Source: Amoebophrya sp. A120
Lineage: Eukaryota > Protista > Dinoflagellata
Assembly: GCA_905178155.1 (NCBI GenBank)
Contig: CAJINV010000011.1
Coordinates: forward strand, 3,437,077 to 3,501,076
Length of the DNA stretch: 64,000 nt
Direction of reading: 5' to 3'
Below, piece by piece: positions 10,480 to 23,479 of this stretch. The notes beneath the pieces are model-generated. The model saw nothing but the letters and a program-made list of their open reading frames with translations, searched no databases and was not told the origin of the DNA. Position numbers and translations under genes: made by a program. Position 1 is the first letter of the stretch. Every line of letters starts with the position of its first letter.

Positions 10480-12420
10480 GCTCATCTCACAGAGGGGAGC
10501 CCCGGAAGTCCATCTGAGATGACTTGCGGCCACGCCAAAAGTTTTGCTTTTTTGCGAAACAGGGGGCGTCGACGTGAAGGCGGAAGTGAACTGTGTTCGT
10601 CTTCATTTTTTTTCTGAGTGTTGGGCTTCAGTGTCAGGGACCAAGCAGCCAAAAATCTGCGGAGGGCCAACAAAGTCGGCAGCCTTTGTCGCATTGCGCT
10701 GGGAGGCCCACGGTGCGCGATTGGTACCAGGCCAACGGAAAACAGGGCCACGCAATGCCGTCGGGCATTGTATGCCTTCCGAGGAATCGAGCCGGCCGCT
10801 TGAGGCGTGGAACGAGATCGGCCACCCATATGCGAACGCTCCGGGCGGAGCTCTTCCGTTGGGGCTCCTCGGGTACAAGAAAGAGGGGGAGCCGCGGAAG
10901 GAGAAGGACCGCGGACCCCGCCCGCGTCCGAAGGTGTTTAAGCCGCGCCGGGTATTCGAGTCGAACAGCCCGGGGGGGCGACGTAACGCCGTGAGAGACT
11001 CCGGCCCTGAGTCGGTGGGCTCCGCAGTGCATCCCTAGCGCCCCCCGGCAGGTTCCGGATGCTGCCAGCAGGGCGGCAGACTTCGGGCCGCGTCGTGCAT
11101 TGATGGGGAAAGGGGGGGGGGCCTGCGGCCGCCGGCTTTGCCGCGGCCCCCCTGCATTGGCGGGGTGGCGCCCCTTCATACGGACGCAAGCCAAAGCGCT
11201 TTGTGGACAACTGCGCCCGCGCGACAGCAGGGCCGCGGACTTAGGGAAGACCCTGGTGGAGCGCTGCCGGCACTACTTCGAAGCGACGGCCGTGCGTTGC
11301 AGGTGCGCGCGGGCCGAGGTCCGCCCACTTCACTCAGCAGGTCGCACGACAGGGCGGCGCCGCGCAGCCTTGCGAAGCTGCAAGCGCGCCCCGCTAGAGG
11401 CCGGCGGCGGTGGCGGTGTGCAGATATCACAGCCAGGCCATGTCTTCGGTGATTTGCAGGGCGCGCCATATGTCGCGCATATTCAGCGGGTCGGTCGCGA
11501 TCGCGAAGCGCCGGCCCGATGGCGGCGGAACTTCTTCGGCAGCCAGGCCAGGCGCGCCTTGGGGCCCTTGGGGCCTTACTTAGGGGAGGGCGCCAGCCGA
11601 GCCAGCCCCCCCCCATCTGGGCATATATATTCCCGAGTGCGTAGCCCCGCGGGCGCGCGGGAACTGGTTTGGCGCTGGGGCACTTGGCGGCCCGGAAAAT
11701 AAAGCGCGGGCCGCCGCTTTGGCGCTCGGGCAGCCCGACTCCGGGACGGCAGACAGGGAAGGAGGGCGCGGCAGCGCGTCGGGGGCCGCGAGGTCTGTGG
11801 GCCCGCCGGTCGGCCCATTGGCCGCAGGCCGGCCGCTTCCTTCCATTCTTCGTTCATTCGATGGGCGGGGGGGAGAGGCGGGCGCGGCAAGATGCAAAGC
11901 CGTACCCGGGCCCAAGCCCGGCCGGCGGGCAACATCGGGCGGGCACGCGATAGGGAATGGATCAACTACAGTGCCCACTCCATGGCGCGCCAGCCTCGCA
12001 AGTCGCTTGCTTGCTGCGCTCGGCCGGGCCGCCGGCCTGGCGGGCCGGCCCGGACTCAGTTCCGCGCCCCTCGTCCTCCCGGGCTAGCCGCGCCGGCCTG
12101 TCTTACATGCATTGGCCCGCCCTCCCCTCACATCGGGGGCCCGCCCTGTCTACCCCGCCCTTGGAAACCTATATCGCCCCCGCTTGGGGGGCGGGGGCTT
12201 GGGCCAAGCCCGTGCGCGATTCAGGCTTTTGGTTCTCGCGCTGGGTGGTCCCCCCATGTCGTATGTTGAACAGGCTGGAAGCGCCAGCGCGCGCGCGGTT
12301 GTCTTCGAGCGCGCTGGGCGCCGCGGGAGTCGCAAGCGCGCGCGCGTACCCTTCCGCTGGTGCAATGAGTATAGGTGGTATAGGTGCGCGCAGTGGCGCA
12401 GCTTCGTAAGTGCATCGCAG
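10480..12420. other. GC-rich intergenic block, possibly a decayed mobile element
   Basis: Abrupt rise in GC, G/C runs and only low-complexity Arg/Gly/Pro/Ala ORFs; hairpin agcttgtaa-tcgt-ttacaagct at the left edge. Confidence 0.4.
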
Positions 12421-13022
12421 AACTTGATGTAGACCCCTTGTGCTCTGTGGCTTCTTGCCGTAGCCATACTACCTTTATTAGGTTTAGTCAATCTTATTTT
12501 GTCTTTCTCTTTTGCTCGACCCAATTCGCGTTGGTTTGTTTTGCGGCTGAGCAAGCTATTGGGAGTGAAAAATGAGAAGTGTCGGAGCGCAGCTGTTTCA
12601 ATGTCAAATGGCAGGCTTTTTTTTCGTCTGGACGAGCGCAAATGAGTGTTGTCACGACTATGAGAGTTCATTCAGTCACTCATTGGTCGTGCCGTCGCAA
12701 AATGACCCTGATTTTGATTTGTCAGTTACGTAGCCTAACAGGAGCTGAAAAAATCACGAATCATTCGAGCAAGTCTGTGTAAAAGCCGTGTGATAGCAAA
12801 GTGCGTCAGCAGAAAGTAAGAAAAGGACTCGTGTCGTGAAAGTTTGTTGGCCTCGTGTTATTCTTTGTTTCCGGGACCGTGACAAGGACAGTACCCGAGA
12901 ATCAAGCTCTTTTGCTTTTGCGTGGCTGAGCATTGCTGCGGCCGATCAGCGCTCATTGACTGTGTGCAATCCGATATCAAAACGCGAGAACAAGCCAGGC
13001 GTCCGTGTTCGAAGCCGCCACC

Positions 13023-16000
13023 ATGGCCGAGACCGAGGAAGTGGACGAGTCGCCCGTGGACTCGGCGGAGAACGAACCTCTGTCTGACGATGCGGCGAGC
13101 AACGAGGAGCAAATCTTGAACCTCCGGGCCGCGATGGAGAAAAACGACATCGCGCAGGTCAAGGAGATTTTGAACAACAAGCCCGGCCTGGTGGACGTGG
13201 GGATAGACGACAACAACCGCACGCTGCTGATGAAAGCCATCACGCGGAACAACGCGGACCTGGTCTCCTTCCTCTGCGGGTTGGGGGCCAATGCGGACAC
13301 GAGGTTGGACGTCTTCCGCTGCAACGCGCTGATGTGCGCGATTGACAAGTTCAACGACAACATTTTCAAAACCATCATGTCCGTCATGGACACCTACCAC
13401 CCCTACGACTTCGACCTTGGTATAGAAGTACAGGAGGATTTGTTCGCTTTTCATCGGGGTTTCATCTTGAGCACCGACATTGCAATAGCAGTCGTCTTTT
13501 CATCATCTTCTCGTCATGGCAATGTTCTGGCCTATTTATCTAAACGGAATAAATTTTTGCTCCAGTCAAAATGGAATTAAAATTACGATTACGTCGTGTA
13601 CGCGTGATACGCAACATCACAGGTGGCGAGTGCTCCCATATGGTAAAGCAGGACCCGGGTTACTGCGGGAAACCAGGCGCGGAGCTAAACTTAAACGACT
13701 CGACCAGACTAGCGGTCGAAGTAGGCTTGACACCATTTGGCGTTGAGGACGCACTCGAGTACATAGACAACGCCGCATCACGGATGCAGTCGAAGATGGG
13801 CAGCAGACAGATAACGCCGAGGGTAGTGAATCTGATGTCTTGCGCTAATTGCAATCGTCTCAAGTAGCTTTCTTTTGTCGATGTCAACACATATCACAGC
13901 AAGTACAGCGAAGCAAGGGGCCAAAGTAGGAGATGCTTGTTTTCTAATCGACCACTATTAATCAGGTACCAGCAACGGCACTCACGCCGCGAGACGATGC
14001 TTCCGCAAATGGTGAATTTGGGGCTTTTCAACTCCCAGAGGTCGCGAGCTCAGTCGGCGCAGCGTCGTTTTCAACGGCACAGATACTGTCACAGGTAGTG
14101 GATGCGAAGAAGCCGCTCATAGCCCTGCACGCAATACTACTCGACAAGGACGGTATACGGGATTCTTTTATCTTTTTTTCGTTCCGAAACTTCGACCGCG
14201 AGCTCATTCTCATTGCGACTGATCTATGTGACTTCGTTTTCGAATCCCATTCCCAATTCCCTCACCTGCCAAAACTAATCAGGCACCGAGCTCGACCGAA
14301 TAACCGCGGAGAACAACAACGTCGTGAAGCACTTCGCGCCACACCTTCTCCCCAAGGAGATGGCCGTTGACCTCACCGGTGCGGACAAAAGGCAGGGCCT
14401 CCAGCAGGATAAGAAAAAGATGCGACGGAGCTTTAGCAGCGTCTCCGGGCGGAAAGCGAAGAAGATGCCGAAGAGGTTTCAAGCCGAGGGGATCTACGCA
14501 GTGGACTACGAGGATAGAATCGGAAGGAAGAAACTGCACGACACGTGGCTGGCGAAGCAAGACGGGTTTTCCCCAAGATCTTCGCCCACCGAAGACAGGA
14601 AAAACGGAGGTGGTCTAGACGCCGATGACTCGCAGTCCGTTGTCAGTCGTAGTTGCGCCTCCGCGTCCGCCGCGTCCGCGGCGCCAAAATCGGTGCAGTC
14701 GGCGGCCAGGCTCGAGCGGGACGCGTTTATTCTGGACCCCGAAAGACATAAAGTCGGGCTCTTTCTCGACTTGCACAAAGTCCCGAAGGAGGTCGCGAGC
14801 ATCTGCTTCAAATTGGAAGCACAGGGGATCTACGCGGAGAAGCAGGCGAATTTGAGATTTTTCACAGAGAAACCCGAGTACAGCACAAGGGAGAAGGAAA
14901 GGGAAAAATCGGCGTATATAATTTTGGTGGTTTGATGATGTTTTGGCATGACAAATTTGCAACAAATTACCTATGGTGATTCGACACACGAAAAACTAAC
15001 GGCGCTATTTTGAAACCACCTCACTCAAAATTATACCACCGCAGCTACGAGTCGGACCGCGGTTCTAACGCGAGATCGATGCGGTCCCAAATGTCGTTCG
15101 CCGCTACCACCGCCATCGGGTCGGACACACAACCAAATCCCGAAAACGAAACACTTCTCACCGTCAAGACCCCCTTCGAGGTCGACAACCTTTTTCTCGT
15201 CTCTCTATGCCGCGACTACAGCTCCAATACCTACGTCGTTCCCCACTGGATGGCCCACTTCGACTGGAGGGAAGCGGAAGCGAGCTTTGACGACAACTAC
15301 GAGATTCCAGAAACCAGGCAAGCACCGGTGGAGGAGGAGGAAATTTTCAGTGAAATTGCGAAAAGATCAAACCCAGTCGTTTGTAGCAAGTCGAGCAACG
15401 TGAGGCGCTTTCCGGTGTTAATCAAAATGGTGTTCCAGAACAACGTTACCATGATGATGCAACTCCTCGAATCAAAAGCCAGCTGCGATATCGCCGACGT
15501 GGAGTTCGGCATCACGCCACTCGGTTGGGCCGCGAGAAGAGGGTTCGACTTGATTGTCCGGAAGTTGGTGGAGCAGGAGTGTGACATCAACGCCACGGAT
15601 TTTCTGGGAAAATCACCACTCTACGCCGCGGTGGAGCAGAAGAGGCTAAAAGTGGCACGGTACCTGCTGGAAAACAAGGCGGACGTGAACCACGTAAATC
15701 CGAGAAGCGGGGAAAACCCGTTGTGGGAGTGCCAGTCCGTGGAGATGGCAAAACTGCTCATGTCCCACAAAATCGACCTGAATTGGCGGTCGTCGTCCAA
15801 TAAAGCCAGCGCATTGTTGCAACTCGCGAGCAGGAGGTGTAGAACCAGGAAAGAAGCGGAGGAAATCTTCGACATCATAAAGCTACTGGTATTCTTGATC
15901 ATTCCACTTCGGGTTCGGTTTTCATGCGCAACGACTCGCTACGGCTACTAGTACTAGGTCGTACGAACACTCACGGACATTGTTTTTTCGTCCGTTACGT

Positions 16001-17720
16001 ACAAGATGAACATGAAATAGTAGCTGAAAATCACATGTCCGGTCAACATGCCTAAAACTTTTCTCTCAGGTTGACGGTCGCGCGGACGTTTTAGCGCAGG
16101 ACGACCGGTGCGTTTCCCCTCTTTTCGCTGCGGTGAACAACGACAGCAACGCGAACATTGCGCAGCTGTTCCTGCAGGAGGGCGCCTCCGTAGAAGTTTT
16201 TTCCGCTATTTGCGGGTGCGCGAACTTGAACGAAGAGCGCCTGTGCGAGGGCGTGGAGGAGGTAGAAGCTGGCTTGAATACAGGGGAGGAGGAGGAAACG
16301 GGATCGGTGCAGGATATCGACGCGGGCAGCAGGATAGGGAGACGAAACCCGTACTTCGACACAGAACCTTTAACATTAGAGAAGTTCACTCAACTGTGGC
16401 ACACCGTGAAACTCGCAGACGGGATGGCGCCGACGTTTTTTGGCGTGTTGCAGGACGCGTTCGAAAGGCTGGGCGTGCCGCTCACAGACGTCGGGGCGCT
16501 GGATAGAAAAGTCTTCAACGCGCTGGAACTGCTTCTGTCAAGGGACATGGAAAGCGCGATTGATATCCTGTTCGACTCGGGGCAGCTGCGTACTACTTCC
16601 GTTTTTTTTTTTGAGTATGTTGGTGCATGGATGAAGAAGTATGTACTTACGTGTTTTATTCGGTTCAAAGCCGCCCATCCGGGATAAAACTACATGAGCA
16701 TTTCGATAGTTTCAGAATCGTGAACAAAACACATAGAGAAACTACGGAAAATAAACACAAACTAAAACAGAATCCATGACGATGGAAGATTTCGTCTTTC
16801 TCTTCAAGTGCACCCAAGTCTTCTGCTTAGCCATCTGCAACGCCTTTCTCCTGGACGAGCTCGCGTTCTGCGACCTGGACCCGCTGTCAGACGAGCCACA
16901 GGAGGATCTGGAAGCGACCAAAAAAGACCTGGTCGCGGAAACCATGGCCGGTCTGGACACCAGCAAGATGTCGCTGCAAGAGATGCTGGAGGCGACCGCC
17001 GCAGCGGGGGCAGAGGCGGCGAGGCTCGCGAACCAGCGGAAACAGGAAGAGGAGTTCAAGGGACTCGACCGAGACGGGCTGTTGACGCAAATCGTCGGCG
17101 ATCCCACGAGCATATCGCGGACAAAATTCTACTGGCAGTGGCTGGAGGAGCAAGACGCGCTGCGACAAAAGGAACGAGACGTGCTAGTCTCGAGTCTGAA
17201 GCCCGGAGAGAAGCTCTCCGATCTGTTCAAAAAGTTCGGGGTCAAGGAAGAAATTCTGGAGCCCAAAATGAAGGACATTCTGCCGCCTTTGGAGAAGAAA
17301 AGCCCGGTAAATACTTGATGCTCGAAGTTCTTCAGGTTATATCGTCTGCATGAAGTTAGATGATGTTGCTTGTTGATGCTTCTGATTCGGTTCTTCCAAG
17401 AACCAGCAACCCAATCAGCTTGAAGTGTGCATAGAAAACAAAAAACAACACAGGGCAAAATCGTCGAGGCACTAACCCTTCGCGTTTTCGGGAAGAACAA
17501 GTTGAAGAATCTTGCCAAAAACGTCGGCGTAAAGGAATTCCAGGAACTGTGCGACTCTTGTCCGCACTTGAGGAGACACATGTTTCCCCACTGGACGCTG
17601 GCACCCCTCGGCCTATCCAAGGCCGCGCGGAAAACAGAAAAGCTAGCGAGGCAGCAGCGCGGACGGGCGGTCGAGTGCCTGACCGAGGAGAAAATGCGGT
17701 CGGATTGCCACGTTATGTAG
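13023..17720 (+). CDS. Multi-exon ankyrin-repeat protein
   Basis: Ankyrin motifs NRTLLMKAITRNNADLVSFL, GITPLGWAARRGFDLIVRKLV, GKSPLYAAVEQKRLKVARYLL and SPLFAAVNN. GT-AG introns with donors at 13420, about 13822, 14153, 14914, 15889, about 16590 and about 17307 join all ORFs in frame. Confidence 0.85.
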
Positions 17721-18701
17721 TGAAATAAAACGACCCTGCTAGTAGCTCAAATAAAAGCGGATGAAGAGGTAAAGCTAGAACTAAATGACCACGCAAGTAG
17801 TCAGACCAATTAGTTTGAAGTTGAAGTTGGACGAAACAACTATTTTCTAAACCTATCACCTACGCCTTCAGGGCAAATTTCAAACCGATTTTATGATTCC
17901 AGTTGAACTTATAGCAAATCCACTTGTAGTGTGGTGGATAATACTCGCGCCTAGCCGCTAAGTAAAAATTCGTATGTTACCATTTTTACGTCAAGTTTCG
18001 GAAAAAAATGAATGATAAGCTTTGTACAAACGGAAAATGATTCCGAGCGCGACCACGTAGTTCTTCGTCGTGCTTGGAAAATTTTCGTCGCCAAAATGAA
18101 AAAATGTGCTTTCTTTGTCGGATGTATGTAAAATGTCTTGCATTTAAACACGACGGCCTCTCCCCCGAGGCTGTATGGTCGAACGGAGGATCCCGCCGTT
18201 TTATCATCCCCGATTAAAAGTTAGTACGTTTCTGGCAGGTACCCGGCCGTAGAAATGAACCTTGTATGTAACGCGGAACTTCAATGTTTGTACGTCTTTG
18301 CGGTCAACATCAAGAAGAACTACCCAGAACTAAAAAACAAACATTAGTTGCCTCGCTGTGCACGTAGGCAGCAAGCCGCCAATGCTGATGTGGTTTACAG
18401 CTTGGTTCTAAGAACGGCAGACCATTGGTCCTTGTTCCTGGTTGTGTGATTTTATGACTGCCTTGGAGCGAAGGTGAAAAAAAAAACTGATCACATCAAA
18501 CTTTGAGCGATCATGGAGAGCAGGTCAGTTGCCATTTCGAGTATCGCAAATTGGAACTGATTTTCATGGTGGTACTTTTTTTTTATCATCTTCATTCTTC
18601 CGGTTCTGCCACCCCACACTCTCCATTGACGCATCGATTTGTAGTTCTTACGCGTTGGCTCTTCTAGTGTTGGTCCTCTTGTTTGTTCGTTAGTGAAATA
18701 A

Positions 18702-21700
18702 ATGTGGAAGTCTTCACCTTCCAGCATGGCGTCCTCAAGTTTTCTTGCCTCCGCAGCGGGAAGGCAAGCGAATTTGATGGACAGGTACAGAGTGCGCGAC
18801 AGGCAAGTTCCAGCACACCAGACGGGGAATCGCAGCAGAAATACTCCTGGCGGCTCACAACATTACGCGAGTTCTACCTCCAGTCAAGCAAGATCAAATC
18901 TGCAGATGATTCAACATTCCGCTTCTTCCCCAGCATCTTCCAGAGACTATTTGATGTCGGACGAGTACTTCACCACGCTTGAAGATGTGATCGAGGACGC
19001 TTTGTGCGTGGTTCTGCAATTTCTGGATGGAATAGACCTTCTCACCACCAGATTAACCTGCCGGTACTTACGCGATACGGTCGATATCAGCTGCCAGCGA
19101 AGTTTTGTCTTTTTTTTTGGAGAACCAGTTCCGAAAAATGTCGCGCCGAAGGAGCTGGTGTTGCTGGTTTCGAAGCTGAACTTCGGCTGGATGCAGCGCG
19201 ACGCCTTTCTCTGGGCCGTGAAAAACGGAATGACAAGTTTTGTCAAGCAAGCGCTCATGTTCGACGGGCAGGATCTGTTTCGGATTAACGTCGTGGACGA
19301 GGAAGAGGGTTTGGACCACTTAGAGGAACAGCAACAGGGACAAGGACAACTGCAGCAACAGGAAAATATTCAATTTGAGACGGCGCCAGGAAGTACTCCG
19401 GGCACTGGAATTCGGTGGAGGGCGCTAATGCCGGAAAGTGGGGCTGTAGATCATGGTGCGCAGGTACTAGACGGGTTCGGCGCCAACAACAACTACAACT
19501 TGCGAGAGCAGAGCGATTCCGATGCCGACAGCGACTCTGATAACGAAGATCATGCTGGAGGACGAGATGAAACAACATCAATTTCTACCCGGACGAGGTT
19601 AATATCATCATCTCTATCAAAGCGGTACATCGCCGATGCGATAATGACCTTTCCCCGCAAGCTCCCACGGCATGTGTCCCCCTTCCAACCTGCTGCGGCG
19701 ACCTACATGCTCGAGATGCTGCGGGTGGACAGCACCTTCCGGGTGCCGCCGCTCCTGCTACTACTGTGCCACGGACAGGCGACCGCGCTGCACGCAGAGA
19801 CGTGCGTCTTCAACGACCTGGAACAGCGCCTGCGCACCGTCGCGGTGCTGGATCCACGGAAGCCGACGGAGCAAAGTCTCCTGGCCGGGGTGCACGCTGT
19901 TCTTAGTCTCGCGGGCACGGCTGAAGTCGAGAAGAGGTTTGAGGACCCGCGAGGGCGGCGGATTGATGAAATTTGCGGTCCGGGAGCCTCTTTCGCCATC
20001 CAAGAGCAGTCCTTTGACGCGTGGTCGCAGACCGTTCTGTGGGGACCACTGCCTGTGGAGCAGACCAAACACGGAGCGAACAAGCCCTTCCCGCTCCGGT
20101 TTGTAACCGACCCGTCTTGGCGGTTGACCAAGCACCTGGTCGGGAAAGTGATTGCCCCACTGCTTTCCCGCGACTCGGAACTAGCAGGCTGTCTGTACGT
20201 CGCGGCCAGGCACCGCAGAACGGAGATGGTGGGACTGTTATTGAGCGCGGCGAAGGCGCACTTTGAGTTACTCTGGTCCTCTCCGTTGATCAGCAACAAA
20301 ACGGAGGGCGAACACGCGCTGCGACCCAGTGCGCTTTTTCGGCTCTTCATTAACATGACGTCCACGAGCCGGCTGCGCACGCCGCTGTTCGTCGCGGCGC
20401 GGAACGGGTTTCCGGATGTGTGCAAGGTTTTACTGGAGGCGAACGCCGAGCCGTTACGCACTGCCAAGCCGGAACACATGACGCCGTTGGAGATTTGCGT
20501 CGCAGCCGCGGCAGGGGAGAATGGCGGGACGGCTGGAGTGACCACAACGTCGAACAACAGCAGCAATGCCGGCGGCAAAAATAACAGCAACCGACCAACA
20601 GCCTCCGCCGCGCGCCGCCGCACGAGCTCTTCCATGACAGAGCAAGAGGACGAAACAACAACGAACAATCAGCCACCTCCTGCTTCCGATCGCGTCGAGA
20701 CTTTGCAGTTGTTAACCAGCGCTTTGAAGGAACACGAACGGGAAAGCAAGGTCGGCCGCAAAGTGCTGATGGCCGTGTGTGCCAACGGGGATTTACCGCT
20801 GTTGAAAGTGTTAGTCGAGCAGAAGGTCGGGCTGAAAGTCCGCGAACCGGCCCGCGGACCCATGAACCTGCAGTGGCTCAACGATCCGTGGGCGCACGTG
20901 GCGCGGGCGAATGAATTGGAGCTGCTCAATGACGAGTGGATCCGCGTGCACGAGCGAAATCTGTTTCCCGGCTTCGACGGCGCGGATTTTCGGCAGGGAC
21001 CGCCACCAGAGCCCGGTTTAGGCAGTGCAAAAGTGTCGTACTCGTACTAATCGCCGTCTTGCATGACAAATGCATCAACTAAGAGAAATCAGCATCACAA
21101 ACTGCATTTTTTCTCTTGAAAATATTTGTGATGCGATTCATACTATAGTGCGATGCTTTTGCAATGTATAGGGTTTGAACATGAACAACGAGAACAACAC
21201 CGGCAATTTGCAGGGACAGCGCGACATCCCGAAAACGCCTCTGCACGCGGCGATCGTCAATCAGAAGGACGCCGCGGCGGAATATCTACTGGAACACGCG
21301 CGCTTCGAAACCATGCAGGAGGTCGACGAGCCGCTCGCGTCCGGTAAAACCGCGCTCTACCTGTGTTGCGAGAAGGGCAACGCCAGGTTGTGCAAGCAAC
21401 TGCTGAAGTGCGGCGCGTCGCTGGACGTGCAAACTTGCCACGGAAAAACCCCCCTGCACGCCGCCGTGGAGCACTCGCACGAGCAGGTGGTCTGGGTACT
21501 TTGTGAGGACGCGGTGGATGTCCGGCACATCACGAAGAGGACGAAGGGGGAAACGGGGGTGTCGCCCTTCATGCTCGCGGAGAAAAGAGGGAAGCAGTCT
21601 ATGGCTTGCTCAGATGTTACAATCTCAAACGTTACAATAGAATCTGAAATTTGTCTTGCATGACGAGCATGAGTACCATGCAGAGACTTGGGCTTTTCAC

Positions 21701-23042
21701 AATACAAATTTCGTCAGATTCTCATGAAGTTTGGGGCGCCGAAACTTGTCATGCGCGCTCCTTTGGGAGTAGGCCAGATGTTGCGGATTTTGCAACACAA
21801 ATTCCAAATTCTATTGTACCGTTTGAGATTGTACCACCTGAGCGGGTTATACAGTCCTTGATTTTGCCACTGCTGAAGGCCTACCACCGACAGGTGAAGA
21901 AGCGGCACTGGCTGCGGCAGTGTGGCGACGACGTGGGAGACGTGACGCACCCCTACCTCACGCAAAAACTTCTGGAATTCAAAACCCAGTTGTTCGATTC
22001 GGACACGAAATGGAATGTGAACTACGATGGCAGGACAGCAGGTGCGGACCAACGTGGGGAGTTCGACGCAGATCATGCTGCTGGCCCGCCTCGTCCGACG
22101 CGCCCGAGCACTGCGGCGGCTACTCGAACTACGGTGTCGTCCGGTCAAGGATTGGTGTCCAAGCTTGTCGGAGCACGGGCTGCAACGTTGCAGCGGACCA
22201 CGAGCGGCAATGATCCGAGGTCCTCGAATTCTATTCCGAGTGGGGCGGGTGGTGCAGTTGCAGCGCTGCAGCGCGAAAATACGAGTAGCAGCACAAGATC
22301 TTCGAGGAACTCTGCGAGAACACCACGGGCAACGACCGGAACAGGCGCAACAAGCGGATCTGCGTCGTACGCACTTGAGGAACGAGCGAACAAGAACTTG
22401 ATAGACTTTGATACGAATAACGCGTACCCCTCCGGGTACTTCGAAGAACCCGAAAACAACCAAAACGCCTCCTCCTCTTCCTCCCGTACAAGACCGAAAT
22501 CCGCTTCCGCCAGGTTCGGTTACTCCGGGATTCAGGTTAGCGGGGTCGCTTCGCGCAAGCAGCAGCGCAGCTCCATTCGCGGAGGAAGTTTTGCGAAAGA
22601 GGAGACGCGGCGGATCCCGACGAGTCCGCCACGGGGGATGACGCAGGGTTTGAGCTCCGAAGTAGAAATGGACGCCGGAGTCGTGGACCACGAAGCGTTC
22701 CGAGGCGGAAGGAAGCGAGCGCAGTCCTCTACCAGCGACTTCTACCACAACATGAATTTGGAACCACCGAGTCCTAATCACCAGGTTCCGGTGGAACTGT
22801 CTCCGTACGATGTGGTAGATGGTGGTGGTCGTGCTGCTGCTGCACAGGGAAGCGCGCCGAGAACAGACGAGAAGGAGAGTCTTTTGAATGCGACCTGCCG
22901 AGGGAACTTGACATCAAGTATCGGATCTTCTGTCGCTGGTCGCGGTTCGGGAACAGTTGAGAATCATCCCAAAGCACTCGGGGACACAGATTCAAATGCG
23001 ATGAAGCATTCGCCTTCCGACAGCATGTACGACTCTGACTGA
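18702..23042 (+). CDS. F-box-like and ankyrin-repeat protein
   Basis: F-box-like LEDVIEDALCVVLQFLDGIDLLTTRLTCRYLR; ankyrin motifs RTPLFVAARNG, KTPLHAAI, GKTALYLCCEKG and GKTPLHAAVE. ORFs join after removing elements 21019-21170 (EPG|LNMNN) and 21600-21851 (GKQS|LILPLL). Confidence 0.85.
21019..21170. mobile_element. Introner-type TIR element, family B
   Basis: taggcagtgcaaaagtgtcgtact ... agtgcgatgcttttgcaatgtata; flanks cggtt/gggtt; frame restored. Confidence 0.85.
21600..21851. mobile_element. Introner-type TIR element, family D (long TIR of about 55 bp)
   Basis: tatggcttgctcagatgttacaatctcaaacgttacaatagaa ... ttctattgtaccgtttgagattgtaccacctgagcgggttata; perfect DR cagtc. Confidence 0.92.
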
Positions 23043-23479
23043 AGAAAATGCACTTGGCTCGATGGTCTTGAGACTCTTTCATTGTACGGGCTGAGTTTTT
23101 TCTTTGCGAAAATAGCATGTCAGACAATATGACTTTCGACCGTCCGGAGACGGAGAGTTTCAGTTTCAACGTTTTGTTGGTGTTGTGCCTGTTGTAGTAG
23201 TTGCAGGCCGTGGCTCAGCTGCGGACTAGTTGCAGAGCCTGCTCGTTCGTTTCCTTTCGGTGTTCGTTCTCATACAGGATGTATCCACAGCCATAGCGTA
23301 CATGGCACGGTGATGGCAGAGGGATGCGACAGCTGAAGATGTCCGTGCTCGGCCTTGAGATTCCCAGTGAACTAGAGCGACTGAGACGCAAAAGTTCTGC
23401 TCATATCATGAGAGCAGATGAAGGAGGAGCTCTCAACGTGCACGCGTTTCCGTTTCCAATCTGTCAAAACATGCGAGAG

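Noticed and set aside
12458-12467. ccgtagccat resembling the dinoflagellate spliced leader
   Set aside because: A 10-nt partial match lacking ttttggctcaag, and far from a start codon.
10544-12671. Many overlapping 100-270 aa ORFs in the GC-rich blocks (also 23.4-25.5 kb and 50-52 kb)
   Set aside because: Stop-codon depletion from high GC; Arg/Gly/Pro/Ala-rich with no recognisable domains.
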